A program made the translations under genes and the position numbers. The notes below the pieces were generated by a model. It was not told the origin of the DNA. It saw only the letters and a list, made by a program, of their open reading frames with translations, and made no database searches. Shown here one piece after another: positions 11,001 through 20,053 of a DNA stretch of 47,340 nt (the first letter of the stretch is position 1; each line of letters opens with the position of its first letter). The stretch lies in the IMG/VR virus record IMGVR_UViG_3300032243_001902, positions 1 through 47,340 of that record. One strand, given 5' to 3'. Source of the stretch: a virus (taxonomy: Duplodnaviria; Caudoviricetes).

Positions 11001-11583
11001 GCTTTTGCATGATAACCTGAGTTCTTAAAGTAGGAATTTCAGGAATTTTTAATTGCATTTCAATGCTTAAAGATTTTCCGTTTTGAGGATTTAAAACAGA
11101 AGTTTTTGCAGACGCATCTGGGTTTAACGAAGGAAATAATGCACCAGGAATATCTTTTACTGAAATGTAAGTTCCTAGATCAGGAGTAGTTTCAGATAGT
11201 TGAGTTCCTGAAAAGTGTAGTTGACCATGAAACTTGGGGAAATTATCAAATACCCATTTGTCAAATCCAGACAATCCAGTAAAGAAATCCTCAATTTCTT
11301 TTTTTGATCCATCAAACGGATATCCATTGATTATTTGTTCAAATGCTAAATTAACTTTAGCTTCCGCCGACATGAAAAACGTGTGATTTTCAAATTTAGA
11401 CCAATCTACATTTAATTGTTGAGTTGATTTTAATCCGACGCCTGCTTGATCGTATGCAAATGAATCTTGATTGCTTATGTTAGTGTCATTGACGTCAGAA
11501 TACGTCATTACAATAGACTTGTTGCCTGCACCAACGGATCTAATGAATGACGGTATGTATTGCGATGGTTTATAGTTGGACAT
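8077..11583 (-). CDS. Large baseplate/tail protein with LamG/ConA-like lectin domain(s) (1168 aa)
   Basis: FNHLCFILD...LLIGSG...LSGTIDELRIF...LKLYYRFNE is a LamG-like signature. The segment LLFDIAKQYG...RSKGTQHSIKSFIRALGI resembles the P2 gpI / T4 gp7-like wedge region. Confidence 0.65.
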   Translation of the reverse strand: MSNYKPSQYIPSFIRSVGAGNKSIVMTYSDVNDTNISNQDSFAYDQAGVGLKSTQQLNVDWSKFENHTFFMSAEAKVNLAFEQIINGYPFDGSKKEIEDFFTGLSGFDKWVFDNFPKFHGQLHFSGTQLSETTPDLGTYISVKDIPGALFPSLNPDASAKTSVLNPQNGKSLSIEMQLKIPEIPTLRTQVIMQKLNQTENVGFSVRLNPTGSVSKVQTQFDVFSGSFNMSVFHEIDKGKFNHLCFILDRDEPLHVLKICNNETLKKTSDQSVYIGNMNISFADLLIGSGSAYRLGSTTVTPQQTLSGTIDELRIFHSVRSAQQQSSYAKKGIYASEDLKLYYRFNEPPPPLSPIADDITNAIVLDSSGNALHSYVTNFVDGLRENANNDPTSNLIYERDDSCPVLFPSYTDVVKLNTTLLSSASNYDVENPNLITRLVPRHYLLEGAETEGFNSAEQNNGAQYGGTGIPGQGRLNNVQLMLSMLYIWAKFFDEIKLFLDAFSNLKTVDYDLNKSIPNSLLFDIAKQYGMYLPPLFNDSTIEQYVSGENIDVLAKSNESYNLQYVQHELLRRILINLPTVIRSKGTQHSIKSFIRALGIDPDSSMRFREYGGPTYKNLSSAREYKSDVTGMVNFTSASLVVSPFLSGSRTEIGYPDIEGSFVKKKIYSPHGISNSRNDGLFTSGSWTFESDYKFNLVGVPLTSTTQSLCRLCVTGSGLVNPGLVANLIGYYDETTPRIAVFLRPGNDLASSYLKLSLDLPKDSIFGGDIWNVSFGCERNDSINSKVSSSYFLRVGSQSDGDIRYMISTSSYFYELTGSGSSLDSNVFRKLDTVYNTNASGTFIALGTYQNIPAGVGSTYRFLNNSSKVVDDATRAVRFDGRAMKTRFWSKALTEKEWSEHLRNYQSLGVDDPKGNYNYTTTVSGSFEKLRLDSLTKQENKIADATGKILFLDFSENNMHLTGSGFPTDSNCIIPEIVRYSYLSPYFDEAISDDKIRVRGYKQDELIDRYPWANRAPVHEIVRSEAPTDDVRFSIDFSLVDTLNKDIVNMFSTFESMENYIGSPELVYSPDYPDLEKLRNVYFNRLKDKLNFRAFLDFYSWFDSTISSFIEQLLPRKTVYKGTNFLIESHMLERHKHEYYSSEIYLGEADRNRIKDVLLLQQIVGTFRKY

Positions 11584-11589
11584 GGCGTA

Positions 11590-13137
11590 TTAGACGGTTT
11601 GTATATCACTAACTTTGAATACGTTTGAAACAGATTTAAAGATTTTTTGAGTTCCACCTACATTTAACATGATATCAATGACATAACTTCTTTCAACAAC
11701 TAAATTAGAAATATCTAAATTAAAATACATTCCGTCATAGTCGCTACTTAATCTACTAGAGTTGTAAGTTTTATCGAATGGTATGACTGTTTCGTTGGTC
11801 GTTATGTCTCTTACTTGATAATAGGCTTTTCTTGTAACTATTCCAGGCAATTCAATCGGTCGTTTTGTTAGCTTAATGTACGGAGATGTGTGGTCGAAGA
11901 TATTGACACGTACTAAAACATTTTCATCAGATCTATGAAGCGTTTGTAGCCCTGAAGTACTAACTACATAATTTTTAAAATCTATTGCTTTGTTTGATCT
12001 TTCAGGAGGATATGCAGTTACATTGCTTCCCGTAAAGTATGCAACTGATTTATCCAAAGAAGTCCATATCGGAGTAAAAATCACCGATCCTGATTTTATT
12101 AATTCATCTTTCAATATGACGTCAGTGCTTGGTATCGTAAATGATGCCGAATACAGCCCAGTAATAAAATTTAAACCGTCTGAGTGTTGGCTGCCAGTAA
12201 AATATAAGCTATAAGAACCTGAACCATCAGAACGTTGAGAGACCAATCTTAACAATAGGCTATTGGATCCAGTAATTGCAGTTAATGATGATCCGCTTAA
12301 TATATTTGATGGTTCACCAAATTCATAGTTTCTTAAAAAGATGCTGGAGTTGGAATTAAATTTCAAGATTTGAGAATCATCTTGTACTGAATCATCATAT
12401 TTTATGATTAAGTGTGGGTGTTTTGATGTGTCGTATGCTGTGCGCGATGAAAAACGTTTGACAAAATAAGAGTATCTGTCTGACTCTTGTTGAGATCCTA
12501 AGGACAATCTGAATCCGCTATCTGGTAATATGCCAGCTAGAGTTGCTGAAACTATTGTCGTTACATTTATGTTTAAATCTTCTTCTCCTGTAGCGAAATG
12601 TTGAGATGCTGCAAGGTTAGTATTTCGTAAAATAGTCGAAGCTGTGATGTAATCACAAGATCGTTCTGCGCCTCCACCAAAACCGCAACCTGAAACTAAC
12701 CATGCGCCATCACTTAAGGAAGAAGATATAAAATTAGCTGCGTCAAAGTCTGAATAATAAACTACATCTCTACCCAAACCTTCATCAAATGATTTAGAAA
12801 GAGGAAATAAAAAAACATCAAAATTAGCAGGGGTAGTTTGTCCTCCATAAACATCAAATAATTTTAAAGTGCAATTAAAATTACTTTTATTAGAATTTAA
12901 CTTACCTTGTGTGATTAAATCTTTCAAGGGTTGCAAATCAAAATGAATTAACAATCTTGAAAGTTCTAAATTAGGATCTGCACTTCCTGGGGCTAATGTT
13001 ACACCATATAGTTTAAATAAGTCAAGCGTACCTGCAGAACCAACGTTGGATCCCGTGCGGAAAGAACCAGATCCTGCTGTTTTTATAAATCGGTTAGTAA
13101 TGTAGGTGTCTTTATCAGCTTTTAAAACCTTATACAT
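11590..13137 (-). CDS. Putative baseplate-associated structural protein (515 aa)
   Basis: N-terminal ADKDTYI...SRLLIHFDL...LKLF and PHLIIKYDD resemble DNRLRE-like beta-sandwich modules; directly downstream of the baseplate wedge gene. Confidence 0.55.
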   Translation of the reverse strand: MYKVLKADKDTYITNRFIKTAGSGSFRTGSNVGSAGTLDLFKLYGVTLAPGSADPNLELSRLLIHFDLQPLKDLITQGKLNSNKSNFNCTLKLFDVYGGQTTPANFDVFLFPLSKSFDEGLGRDVVYYSDFDAANFISSSLSDGAWLVSGCGFGGGAERSCDYITASTILRNTNLAASQHFATGEEDLNINVTTIVSATLAGILPDSGFRLSLGSQQESDRYSYFVKRFSSRTAYDTSKHPHLIIKYDDSVQDDSQILKFNSNSSIFLRNYEFGEPSNILSGSSLTAITGSNSLLLRLVSQRSDGSGSYSLYFTGSQHSDGLNFITGLYSASFTIPSTDVILKDELIKSGSVIFTPIWTSLDKSVAYFTGSNVTAYPPERSNKAIDFKNYVVSTSGLQTLHRSDENVLVRVNIFDHTSPYIKLTKRPIELPGIVTRKAYYQVRDITTNETVIPFDKTYNSSRLSSDYDGMYFNLDISNLVVERSYVIDIMLNVGGTQKIFKSVSNVFKVSDIQTV

Positions 13138-13138
13138 T

Positions 13139-14971
13139 TTAAGTTGATGTCCTTCCGATTATGTCGTATTCAGGATACTTGAATTCGAATATCCCTCCAG
13201 GGGGAGGATACAATATACCTTTTCTTATGTTGTTTTTGACATCAAATGTGACGTCGCTATATTGTCTGTTGTTAACCATTCCCGTATAGTTTCTAAACTC
13301 TAAACTTGTAACTGATAAAACACCTGGTGTCGTATAGATCATGTTTTGAATGTCGGAAATTATTATTGGTTGATCTATAGAAAAATTGGTGACTACCATT
13401 TGTTCGTTTAGTTTTTTTAGTATAGTTTGCAACGCCAACTGTCTATTCAATGATGGATCGACTACAACTTCAAACAATAAAGAAAGATTGATAATATAGG
13501 CGTCTAAAATATCAATTGCATCACTAACTAACCTATAAGGAGCAAGATACTTTCTTAAATTTTCTTTTAGAGTATCTGCAGAATTAACCAACGTAGAATC
13601 TGGAGTTCTAGATACTATGAATAGTTGTGTTGATAAAGGATTATTTGGATTTGATCTAACTGCGGCTCTAAATACTCTACCAAAGTTAGAAGGTATTGAG
13701 TATACTCTTGCCAATAAATCTTCTCTTGTTACAATTCTTTCTTGCGCATTTTTTGATGAAGGTATCAATCCTTTTAATTGATCTATAGACGGCGCGTCTT
13801 CTCCGCCAGTAGCTTGTTTTTGATTTGAAACGGAAAGTTTACTTCTGACAAAAGAGATTATTTCAAAATTCGGATTAAGAGGAAATTCTATTGACAACTT
13901 GTTGATGGAAGTTATTGTGCTCGGAGCTACGTTATGGCTTAATCCTCCACCATATCTATATGTTACGGTAACTTGAGAATTTGCTGCGTATATTCCTAAC
14001 GTTCTAGTGTTCAACATTTGAAGCGGATTAACGGAAGTTCTAGAAAATGTTTTTGAATAAGGTAAAGAAATAGCAAAATCAGAAGGATCTGGCACTGCAT
14101 CATTTTCTAAACTAGAATCATTACCTGCGCCGAATATCAATGTTGTTGATCTAGATGCAAGATCGACAATTGTTACAAACCGATAAGGGGCCGGTATGAC
14201 TTTCAATGCTTCAGATATTTCTTCAGAATCTCTTGCTAGATTTAAGACATTTCTATATACAACATCATCCGTCATTGAGCTTACACCATAATATGTGTTT
14301 CCTTTATCATCAGTGACGGATAAAACATCTGTCACATTTGGCTGAGCCAAAGTGAATGATTTAAATGGTACAAATTGTCCAAATGAAAATGACTCTGATG
14401 CCTGAGTACCTGAAATACAAACACCAGTTAATGACATAGTAAATGTTGCAGGAGAACCATCTGAATTTAACAATCCGACTTGCACATCCGCAGCATATGT
14501 TCCGTCAGATTTCTTTTTTGAAAAATCAACATCTGCTAACAAATTAAAGGATACACCATTCGTAGCAGCAAAAATCGAATTTGCTTTAACTATTGGAAGC
14601 GCAGAAGGAGAAGGAACAATTGCATCATTCAAAATTGCTGATGGGACTTCAATATAAATTGTAACATCAACTACTGCAGGAGCTGCGCCGACGATAGGTA
14701 CACCAGAACCTCTAATCAATTTTTCTATGTTGTCTGTTTCAATAGCTGTATTTGGATCTAGCTCACCATATTGATGGTCTAAATAGAATGACATGACATC
14801 GCCGGTATATGCGGCTAGATCTAAAAAAACACCTCCTAGTGATGTTTCTGAAAAATCTTGTATTCTATCTGGATAGTATAGACGAGCATATTGTAATAAT
14901 TGTGCCCTAAACGCATCAAAATCTTTTGCGAGATATGATCTAGTTCTAAATTGTTTTAATTCTGTTGCCAT
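13139..14971 (-). CDS. Baseplate wedge subunit (T4 gp6 / baseplate J-like, 610 aa)
   Basis: YLAKDFDAFRAQL...DFSETSLGGVFLDLAAYTGDVMSFYLD, ATGGEDAPS, and AQERIVTREDL are typical gp6/J motifs. Confidence 0.88.
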   Translation of the reverse strand: MATELKQFRTRSYLAKDFDAFRAQLLQYARLYYPDRIQDFSETSLGGVFLDLAAYTGDVMSFYLDHQYGELDPNTAIETDNIEKLIRGSGVPIVGAAPAVVDVTIYIEVPSAILNDAIVPSPSALPIVKANSIFAATNGVSFNLLADVDFSKKKSDGTYAADVQVGLLNSDGSPATFTMSLTGVCISGTQASESFSFGQFVPFKSFTLAQPNVTDVLSVTDDKGNTYYGVSSMTDDVVYRNVLNLARDSEEISEALKVIPAPYRFVTIVDLASRSTTLIFGAGNDSSLENDAVPDPSDFAISLPYSKTFSRTSVNPLQMLNTRTLGIYAANSQVTVTYRYGGGLSHNVAPSTITSINKLSIEFPLNPNFEIISFVRSKLSVSNQKQATGGEDAPSIDQLKGLIPSSKNAQERIVTREDLLARVYSIPSNFGRVFRAAVRSNPNNPLSTQLFIVSRTPDSTLVNSADTLKENLRKYLAPYRLVSDAIDILDAYIINLSLLFEVVVDPSLNRQLALQTILKKLNEQMVVTNFSIDQPIIISDIQNMIYTTPGVLSVTSLEFRNYTGMVNNRQYSDVTFDVKNNIRKGILYPPPGGIFEFKYPEYDIIGRTST

Positions 14972-14986
14972 CTTAGATCACCATTA

Positions 14987-15451
14987 TCATATTACATATA
15001 AGCTTATCTGTAACGCTTTGTTTTCAACGCCTAATTCAGGTACACTGTAGGTTATTGCAATTTTTATTATACCTGCATTTTTATTACGTTCATTGTCAAC
15101 TTCTGAAACGAAATTGTTTAAACTAACAAATGGCATCCATTTTGAAACAGAATTTTTTATTCGATTTATAGCTTCTTCGTCAAATGCATCGATGTTAGAA
15201 AGTTCTGTAGTTAATTCTTGTAGATTGGCTCCAAAATCGTAAAAACCGATTCTTTCACCCCAGTTAGTTAATAAAAGATTACGTAGGTTGTCATGTATTT
15301 GATCTGCAACGTTATAATGCATCGCAAACAAATTTTTATCGTCTAATCTTAATGGAGTTCGTATTCCGATTGGCAAAATGGTACGTTTTGGCAACTCAAT
15401 ATTGAGCTGTTCCGCACTTTTTCCTGAACTCTTAAAGCTATACGTACCCAT
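14987..15451 (-). CDS. gp25: Baseplate gp25-like / sheath initiator protein
   Basis: QIHDNLRNLLLTNWGER...DFGANL...IKNSVSKWMPFV is the GPW/gp25 motif; immediately upstream of the wedge gene. ATG at 15451 preferred over TTG at 15460. Confidence 0.88.
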   Translation of the reverse strand: MGTYSFKSSGKSAEQLNIELPKRTILPIGIRTPLRLDDKNLFAMHYNVADQIHDNLRNLLLTNWGERIGFYDFGANLQELTTELSNIDAFDEEAINRIKNSVSKWMPFVSLNNFVSEVDNERNKNAGIIKIAITYSVPELGVENKALQISLYVI

Positions 15452-15463
15452 AGATGACAACGT

Positions 15464-15470
15464 TAAATAT
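15464..15470 (-). promoter_or_regulatory. Candidate late promoter element ATATTTA
   Basis: ATATTTA (minus strand) lies 12 nt before the gp25 ATG at the head of the baseplate operon; loosely similar to AT-rich late promoter boxes read by gp55-type sigmas. Single instance. Confidence 0.3.
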
Positions 15471-15517
15471 CGTCAGGGTGCATGATGACGACCAAAATGA
15501 CGATTATTTTTTGTCAA

Positions 15518-16303
15518 CTATGAAATTAACGAATTAGAAGTCAATATTCTTTCAACTCCTGGATGTCTATCTTCTTTTAATCTGGTGTAGGAAACTAACT
15601 TGTATAGTTTTGGATCCATCAAGACATTAGAAAATGTTGTTTTTGAATAATGTTGTCCTCCATCTGTGCTTATTTCTACTTCGTTAAAAACTATTCTAGC
15701 TAATTGTGAATAATCCGTGTGTCTAATATCATGTGCTGCACCTAAATTTTGAATTGGATTTCCACCTCCTTGACTTCCATCATTTTGATACCATCCATGA
15801 TTTATAGCTGTATCTTTCCAATCAAGCCCTGTTTTATCATTTTTTCCATATTGAAAAAGTCTTGGATCTAAAACCCAATCTTTCCCTTCGTTTGTGTACA
15901 GTTTTCCGCTTTTATTTCCTATAGCTTCTGTAACAATTTTATCATAATCAAAAACCCTATATAGACGACCCATCGAATTAGGCGTATCATTATACCAAGG
16001 TTGATTTTGAGGATTAATTCTCACATCAGCTTGTTTGTTAATCTCTCCCGCTATCTTACTGGTTAAGACATATCCGTTATAATAGTCAGCTATATGTTGC
16101 AAATCCGTCTGATTCACACTAACTCTGACGCCGTCAATAGTCATTACTTTAGCTGAAACTTTTAATCTTGCTTTAAGATCTTTGCCTGCGTTTGTTTCTA
16201 TAATTGCAGATGGCATATCTGCTTTACCTTGAGCAACAAGAGAAAGAATTTGCTTACTTCTAATCATGGGTTGGTCTGAAAGACCTTCTAATAATAAACT
16301 CAT
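15518..16303 (-). CDS. Uncharacterised enzyme-like protein in the tail-spike region (261 aa), possible cell-wall hydrolase
   Basis: Conserved-looking motif string AINHGW...NPIQ...AHDIRHTDYSQLARIV; sits between gp5-like and gp25-like genes. Confidence 0.5.
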   Translation of the reverse strand: MSLLLEGLSDQPMIRSKQILSLVAQGKADMPSAIIETNAGKDLKARLKVSAKVMTIDGVRVSVNQTDLQHIADYYNGYVLTSKIAGEINKQADVRINPQNQPWYNDTPNSMGRLYRVFDYDKIVTEAIGNKSGKLYTNEGKDWVLDPRLFQYGKNDKTGLDWKDTAINHGWYQNDGSQGGGNPIQNLGAAHDIRHTDYSQLARIVFNEVEISTDGGQHYSKTTFSNVLMDPKLYKLVSYTRLKEDRHPGVERILTSNSLIS

Positions 16304-16314
16304 AAATCATTCTC

Positions 16315-17361
16315 CTATTTCGCTGGATAATAGTTTATAATGTCTTGTTCTGTTTTTGGAAGCGCCTTCGGAGGAGGAGCAACATCAGGTTTAGGCGGAG
16401 CCTTTTGATCATATGCATCAGGTCCACTAGATTTTTTTGTAATGCCTGACGTTACGCTGCCCGGTGCCGTACCTATAGTATTAGCTAATGCATTTAACAT
16501 TATACACTCAGTTGTTTTTCTAGCTAAAACGATAGAAGAAGCCATCTGTGTGACAGATGTCGGTTTTATATCACCAAACATCCCGGAGTCTCTAACAATT
16601 CCGCATATTTCTCCTAGAGCATCATTTATATTTGGCAACTTTGTAACGATGTTTGGTATCTTTGTTATAACTTGCGCTACCAATTTAGGAACGCCTTCAG
16701 CAACTGCTGCATTTGTTGCAAATAAAGTTGAAAGCGCATTTTGAGGTATCACAGGAGGAACTTTCGCTAGACACGGAGAAATTTCTGCAGATGGACTGGG
16801 AGCGATTGTTACCGTAGAAGGTATTGGTAATGATGGAGGAATTTCAAACTTAGGAGGAAGAGGAACTCCTACTAATGCTGGTAATTTTGCAGCTAATTTT
16901 GCTGGTATCGTGAATTCTGCTTTACCAGCTTTTACTAAATCAGCTGACAAAAGAGGAACTAAATTACCGGTAAAATATGGAATAAAACCCGCTGGGAAGT
17001 CCGGAGGTTCTATGTTTGCACCCAACTTTCCAGCTAAAGCTATTGGATCGGCAATTGCAGGTAATAAACTAAAATTTCCTGGTGTATCTAATGCATTTGC
17101 AATTTTTTCATATAAGCCTAACGTGTTTTTATGAAAATCAGGAAATTTATTTTCATTTTCTAAATCATTTAGTGCTTTTGCTGCATCCTCGCCGGCCGGC
17201 GGCATTGGGGCTCCGGCAGAAAATGGAGGCTTTCTTTCAGGAGGAATGCCTTCAGTTCCAAACTTTATTATGTCTTTAACTTCATCTATAAATTTTTTTT
17301 TTGCTTTTTCAGTAAGCTTCTTATCAGCTTTTAAAATTCCAACGTCTACCATTACACTCAT
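16315..17361 (-). CDS. Pro/Ala-rich hypothetical protein, probably baseplate-associated (348 aa)
   Basis: Long ORF with GGAG SD-like element upstream; Pro-rich segments (LPPKFEIPPSLPIPS, APPKPDVAPPPK). Confidence 0.55.
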   Translation of the reverse strand: MSVMVDVGILKADKKLTEKAKKKFIDEVKDIIKFGTEGIPPERKPPFSAGAPMPPAGEDAAKALNDLENENKFPDFHKNTLGLYEKIANALDTPGNFSLLPAIADPIALAGKLGANIEPPDFPAGFIPYFTGNLVPLLSADLVKAGKAEFTIPAKLAAKLPALVGVPLPPKFEIPPSLPIPSTVTIAPSPSAEISPCLAKVPPVIPQNALSTLFATNAAVAEGVPKLVAQVITKIPNIVTKLPNINDALGEICGIVRDSGMFGDIKPTSVTQMASSIVLARKTTECIMLNALANTIGTAPGSVTSGITKKSSGPDAYDQKAPPKPDVAPPPKALPKTEQDIINYYPAK

Positions 17362-17376
17362 AGATTACTCATCTCC

Positions 17377-18870
17377 TCATTTAATGAGAACCTTATTTGC
17401 AAAAGTACCCGCCGTTGGACCTGGTAAAGGTATAGGCTGATTACAGTCTGGTGTTGCAAAAGTTGATCCAGCAAAAAGTCCTCCTGCGGAGGTTAGAAGT
17501 TGTCCACCTTCTATTCCACCATTTGTTGTATTAACAGGAAATGCTGAACACACAATTCCTCTATCCGCATCATCTCCACCTAATTTGATATATCCCATAT
17601 CTGATGGCTTAAACACAATGTCTCCATTAGATTTTACGGTAATTGATGCAAATTTTTTAGGATCATCTTCACCTTCTGAAACGTTATTTGTTACTATAAT
17701 TTGCAAGTCAGATCTTGCTATGATCCTTACTTTGTCTGACTTAATAACAATCCCTGGGTCTCCGTCTGCAGAATCATTAATTGGATTTTTCTTTAATGTA
17801 CTATTGTTAGTTTTTAATCCAAAATTTTCATCTACTTTCGTTTTTTGTGAAATGTAGATTCTGCTTTTATCATTTTTAAAATCAGGATCTCCTTCATTTA
17901 AAACCAAAGAAGATCCATCTTTAGCTAATTCTTCATTTCCAAGATCATTTGTAACTACATTACCCCCCGTTTTAGGAGTTTGTCCTCTGCCAGCTACAAG
18001 ATCAATTGATCCAGCTTTTTTTTTATTAATATCAGATCCCGATACTGGTCCTGTTCTATCTCTTCCTAAAACGATAAGCGTATTATTGCTTCCTTCTAAA
18101 GCAATATCTCCAGGCCTTTTTTTAAAACGTGGAACAGCTTCATATACAGAAGATTTTGATCCTTCTGAATTTCTAAGCACGTCTTCATATTCATTTCCAT
18201 TAAGAGGAACGTTTCCAGGAATCAAATCTGCGTAGGTATAATCTAGCGCATCAGGATTAAGATACTTTCCATTCTTAAAATGATATCTTACTTTAAATCC
18301 TTTAGCTTTTTGAGCTGCTGACGCTCCCCCTGGTTGCAATTGACCGTTGTTTATATAACTGTTAGATTTTAAAAACTCAGCATCGTCTGATCTTGCACGA
18401 TGACTATGATTAACGTCTTCAACATGCCCTTCTTGAACTACTGAACACAACCAATATGCTCTTTCTGACAACGTATCTCTAGCTTGATTTTCAGGTTGTA
18501 TTATTTCAAAAACAACCCAAACATGTTCACCAGGTCGACATGGCAACGCTATTGACGAAGGTAATAGCGGATATAAAAACATCGGATTTTGAATTGGATT
18601 GTATTGATTCTTGGGAGGATGAGCGATGATCGTATTTCTAGGCAAAATTCGACCATTAATAGCTAATTCTCTATTTCTAACTAACGAATATTTTGATTCA
18701 AAATCTTCAAGATTTTTTTGAGAAAAAGAGTATGGATCAGCTATCGTTTCTAAAACAATCCATTGTTGAAAAATGGGCGGCAAATTAGGTCGATTATTGC
18801 CGATAGCCGCTTGTAAGACACCTACTGAATGATGTACACCTTCAGCTATATGTTTTATGTCAATCATCAA
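17377..18870 (-). CDS. Baseplate hub/central spike protein (gp5/gpV-like, 497 aa)
   Basis: N-terminal OB-fold-like ALPCRPGEHVWVVFE...YW; C-terminal short beta-strand repeats (GDIALEGSNNTLIVLG, IVIKSDKVRIIAR, ITVKSNGDIVFKP, YIKLGG); position upstream of gp25/gp6. Confidence 0.65.
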   Translation of the reverse strand: MMIDIKHIAEGVHHSVGVLQAAIGNNRPNLPPIFQQWIVLETIADPYSFSQKNLEDFESKYSLVRNRELAINGRILPRNTIIAHPPKNQYNPIQNPMFLYPLLPSSIALPCRPGEHVWVVFEIIQPENQARDTLSERAYWLCSVVQEGHVEDVNHSHRARSDDAEFLKSNSYINNGQLQPGGASAAQKAKGFKVRYHFKNGKYLNPDALDYTYADLIPGNVPLNGNEYEDVLRNSEGSKSSVYEAVPRFKKRPGDIALEGSNNTLIVLGRDRTGPVSGSDINKKKAGSIDLVAGRGQTPKTGGNVVTNDLGNEELAKDGSSLVLNEGDPDFKNDKSRIYISQKTKVDENFGLKTNNSTLKKNPINDSADGDPGIVIKSDKVRIIARSDLQIIVTNNVSEGEDDPKKFASITVKSNGDIVFKPSDMGYIKLGGDDADRGIVCSAFPVNTTNGGIEGGQLLTSAGGLFAGSTFATPDCNQPIPLPGPTAGTFANKVLIK

Positions 18871-19257
18871 TTAATTCCTTATTTTATCAAACATATCATC
18901 TGGATCTATTACTTCGGATGCTGCTTCGGCTTTTGCTACAAGTTCTGCTAGCTTAATTAATTGATCGTTAGCTTTACTCATTTTTTCGATGTATGAAGAA
19001 ATAGTTTTTCCATGCACTGCATGTTCCGTGCTTTTATCTTGAACTATCATGACCAATTTTGTGAACATGATATAAGCATTTTGTCTGTCCGTGATAGCGT
19101 TTTCGTAAATTTCTTTCCAGAGTTGTTTTCTTTTATCATTGACGGATTCTATCTGATTTAACAACCCGCTGAAATCTTTAATTCTATCCTTTATACTTCT
19201 ATCTGAAATTTCTACTATTTCAATTGGATCGCTACGATCTTCGGGTACGTCTGACAT
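18871..19257 (-). CDS. Hypothetical helical/coiled-coil protein (128 aa)
   Basis: Clean ORF with GAGGA SD; amphipathic helices; lies between the sigma factor and the spike gene. Confidence 0.65.
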   Translation of the reverse strand: MSDVPEDRSDPIEIVEISDRSIKDRIKDFSGLLNQIESVNDKRKQLWKEIYENAITDRQNAYIMFTKLVMIVQDKSTEHAVHGKTISSYIEKMSKANDQLIKLAELVAKAEAASEVIDPDDMFDKIRN

Positions 19258-19288
19258 ATTATTTCCTCATCATCTATTGACACAAGAA

Positions 19289-20053
19289 TTATTCGAACAT
19301 ATCAAACTTTTGTTCCACCTTCAATTTATTATAATGTTTTTTTACGGCTTGCATTGAAGTCGTGAGTTGTTTTGGACTTAATCCAGATAACTCTCTTATA
19401 TAGAGTAAAATTGCGCTCTTATTAAGAATGTCAATATCATTGATGTTTTCAAAAATTGTAATCACTGAATTGATACATAATAATTCATTTTCAACTTTAA
19501 CTCTTGAACGTATCTCATACATGAGCTTCAAAACATTTGCTATGTTTTCGTTGTTTTCTAAAAAGTGATCTTGTGATGGAACAGCGCTACGTTCTTCTAT
19601 AATTTGAATTTCATTCACGCTGAGCCCCTTAGGATCATCAATGCTGATATCTCTTCTACCTCTTTGCGCCTTTTGTTTCGTTTTTATGATTAGCCAATTC
19701 TTAGCAACAACGTTGAAGTAAGAAAACGCGTTGGTTCCCATGCTGGGATTGAATTTGTGGATGGTTTCAAAGAGGAAATTAACACAGTCATTTTTTAAAT
19801 CTTCGTATGTATCGTGAAGACCACTGAACTTATGAATGTTAATAAGATTTTCTACCAACTTTTCAAAAGCTGGCATTATCTTTTCAACATAAAGTTTTTC
19901 TCTTACTCTTCTGTCAACTGATTGTTGAAATTCGCAAATTGCTTCTTGCGTTTCTGAAGTAAAATAAAATCTTGGATTCGGTGTTGTCGTAGAAGTTGAA
20001 TCATCACCCTTTTGACGACGGCGTCTTGTTTTTTTTATTTTTTTATCTATCAC
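19289..20053 (-). CDS. Phage RNA polymerase sigma factor for late transcription (T4 gp55-like)
   Basis: YFTSETQEAI...FEKLVENLI...EDLKNDCVNFLFETIHKFNPSMGTNAFSYFNVVAKNWLI is a sigma region 2-like segment of the gp55 type. Confidence 0.75.
   Translation of the reverse strand: MIDKKIKKTRRRRQKGDDSTSTTTPNPRFYFTSETQEAICEFQQSVDRRVREKLYVEKIMPAFEKLVENLINIHKFSGLHDTYEDLKNDCVNFLFETIHKFNPSMGTNAFSYFNVVAKNWLIIKTKQKAQRGRRDISIDDPKGLSVNEIQIIEERSAVPSQDHFLENNENIANVLKLMYEIRSRVKVENELLCINSVITIFENINDIDILNKSAILLYIRELSGLSPKQLTTSMQAVKKHYNKLKVEQKFDMFE

Noticed and set aside
17293-17302. A10 run (minus strand) as a phase-variation or frameshift site; similar A9 near 18016
   Set aside because: The ORFs are intact, the runs encode Lys stretches, and such runs are expected in AT-rich DNA.
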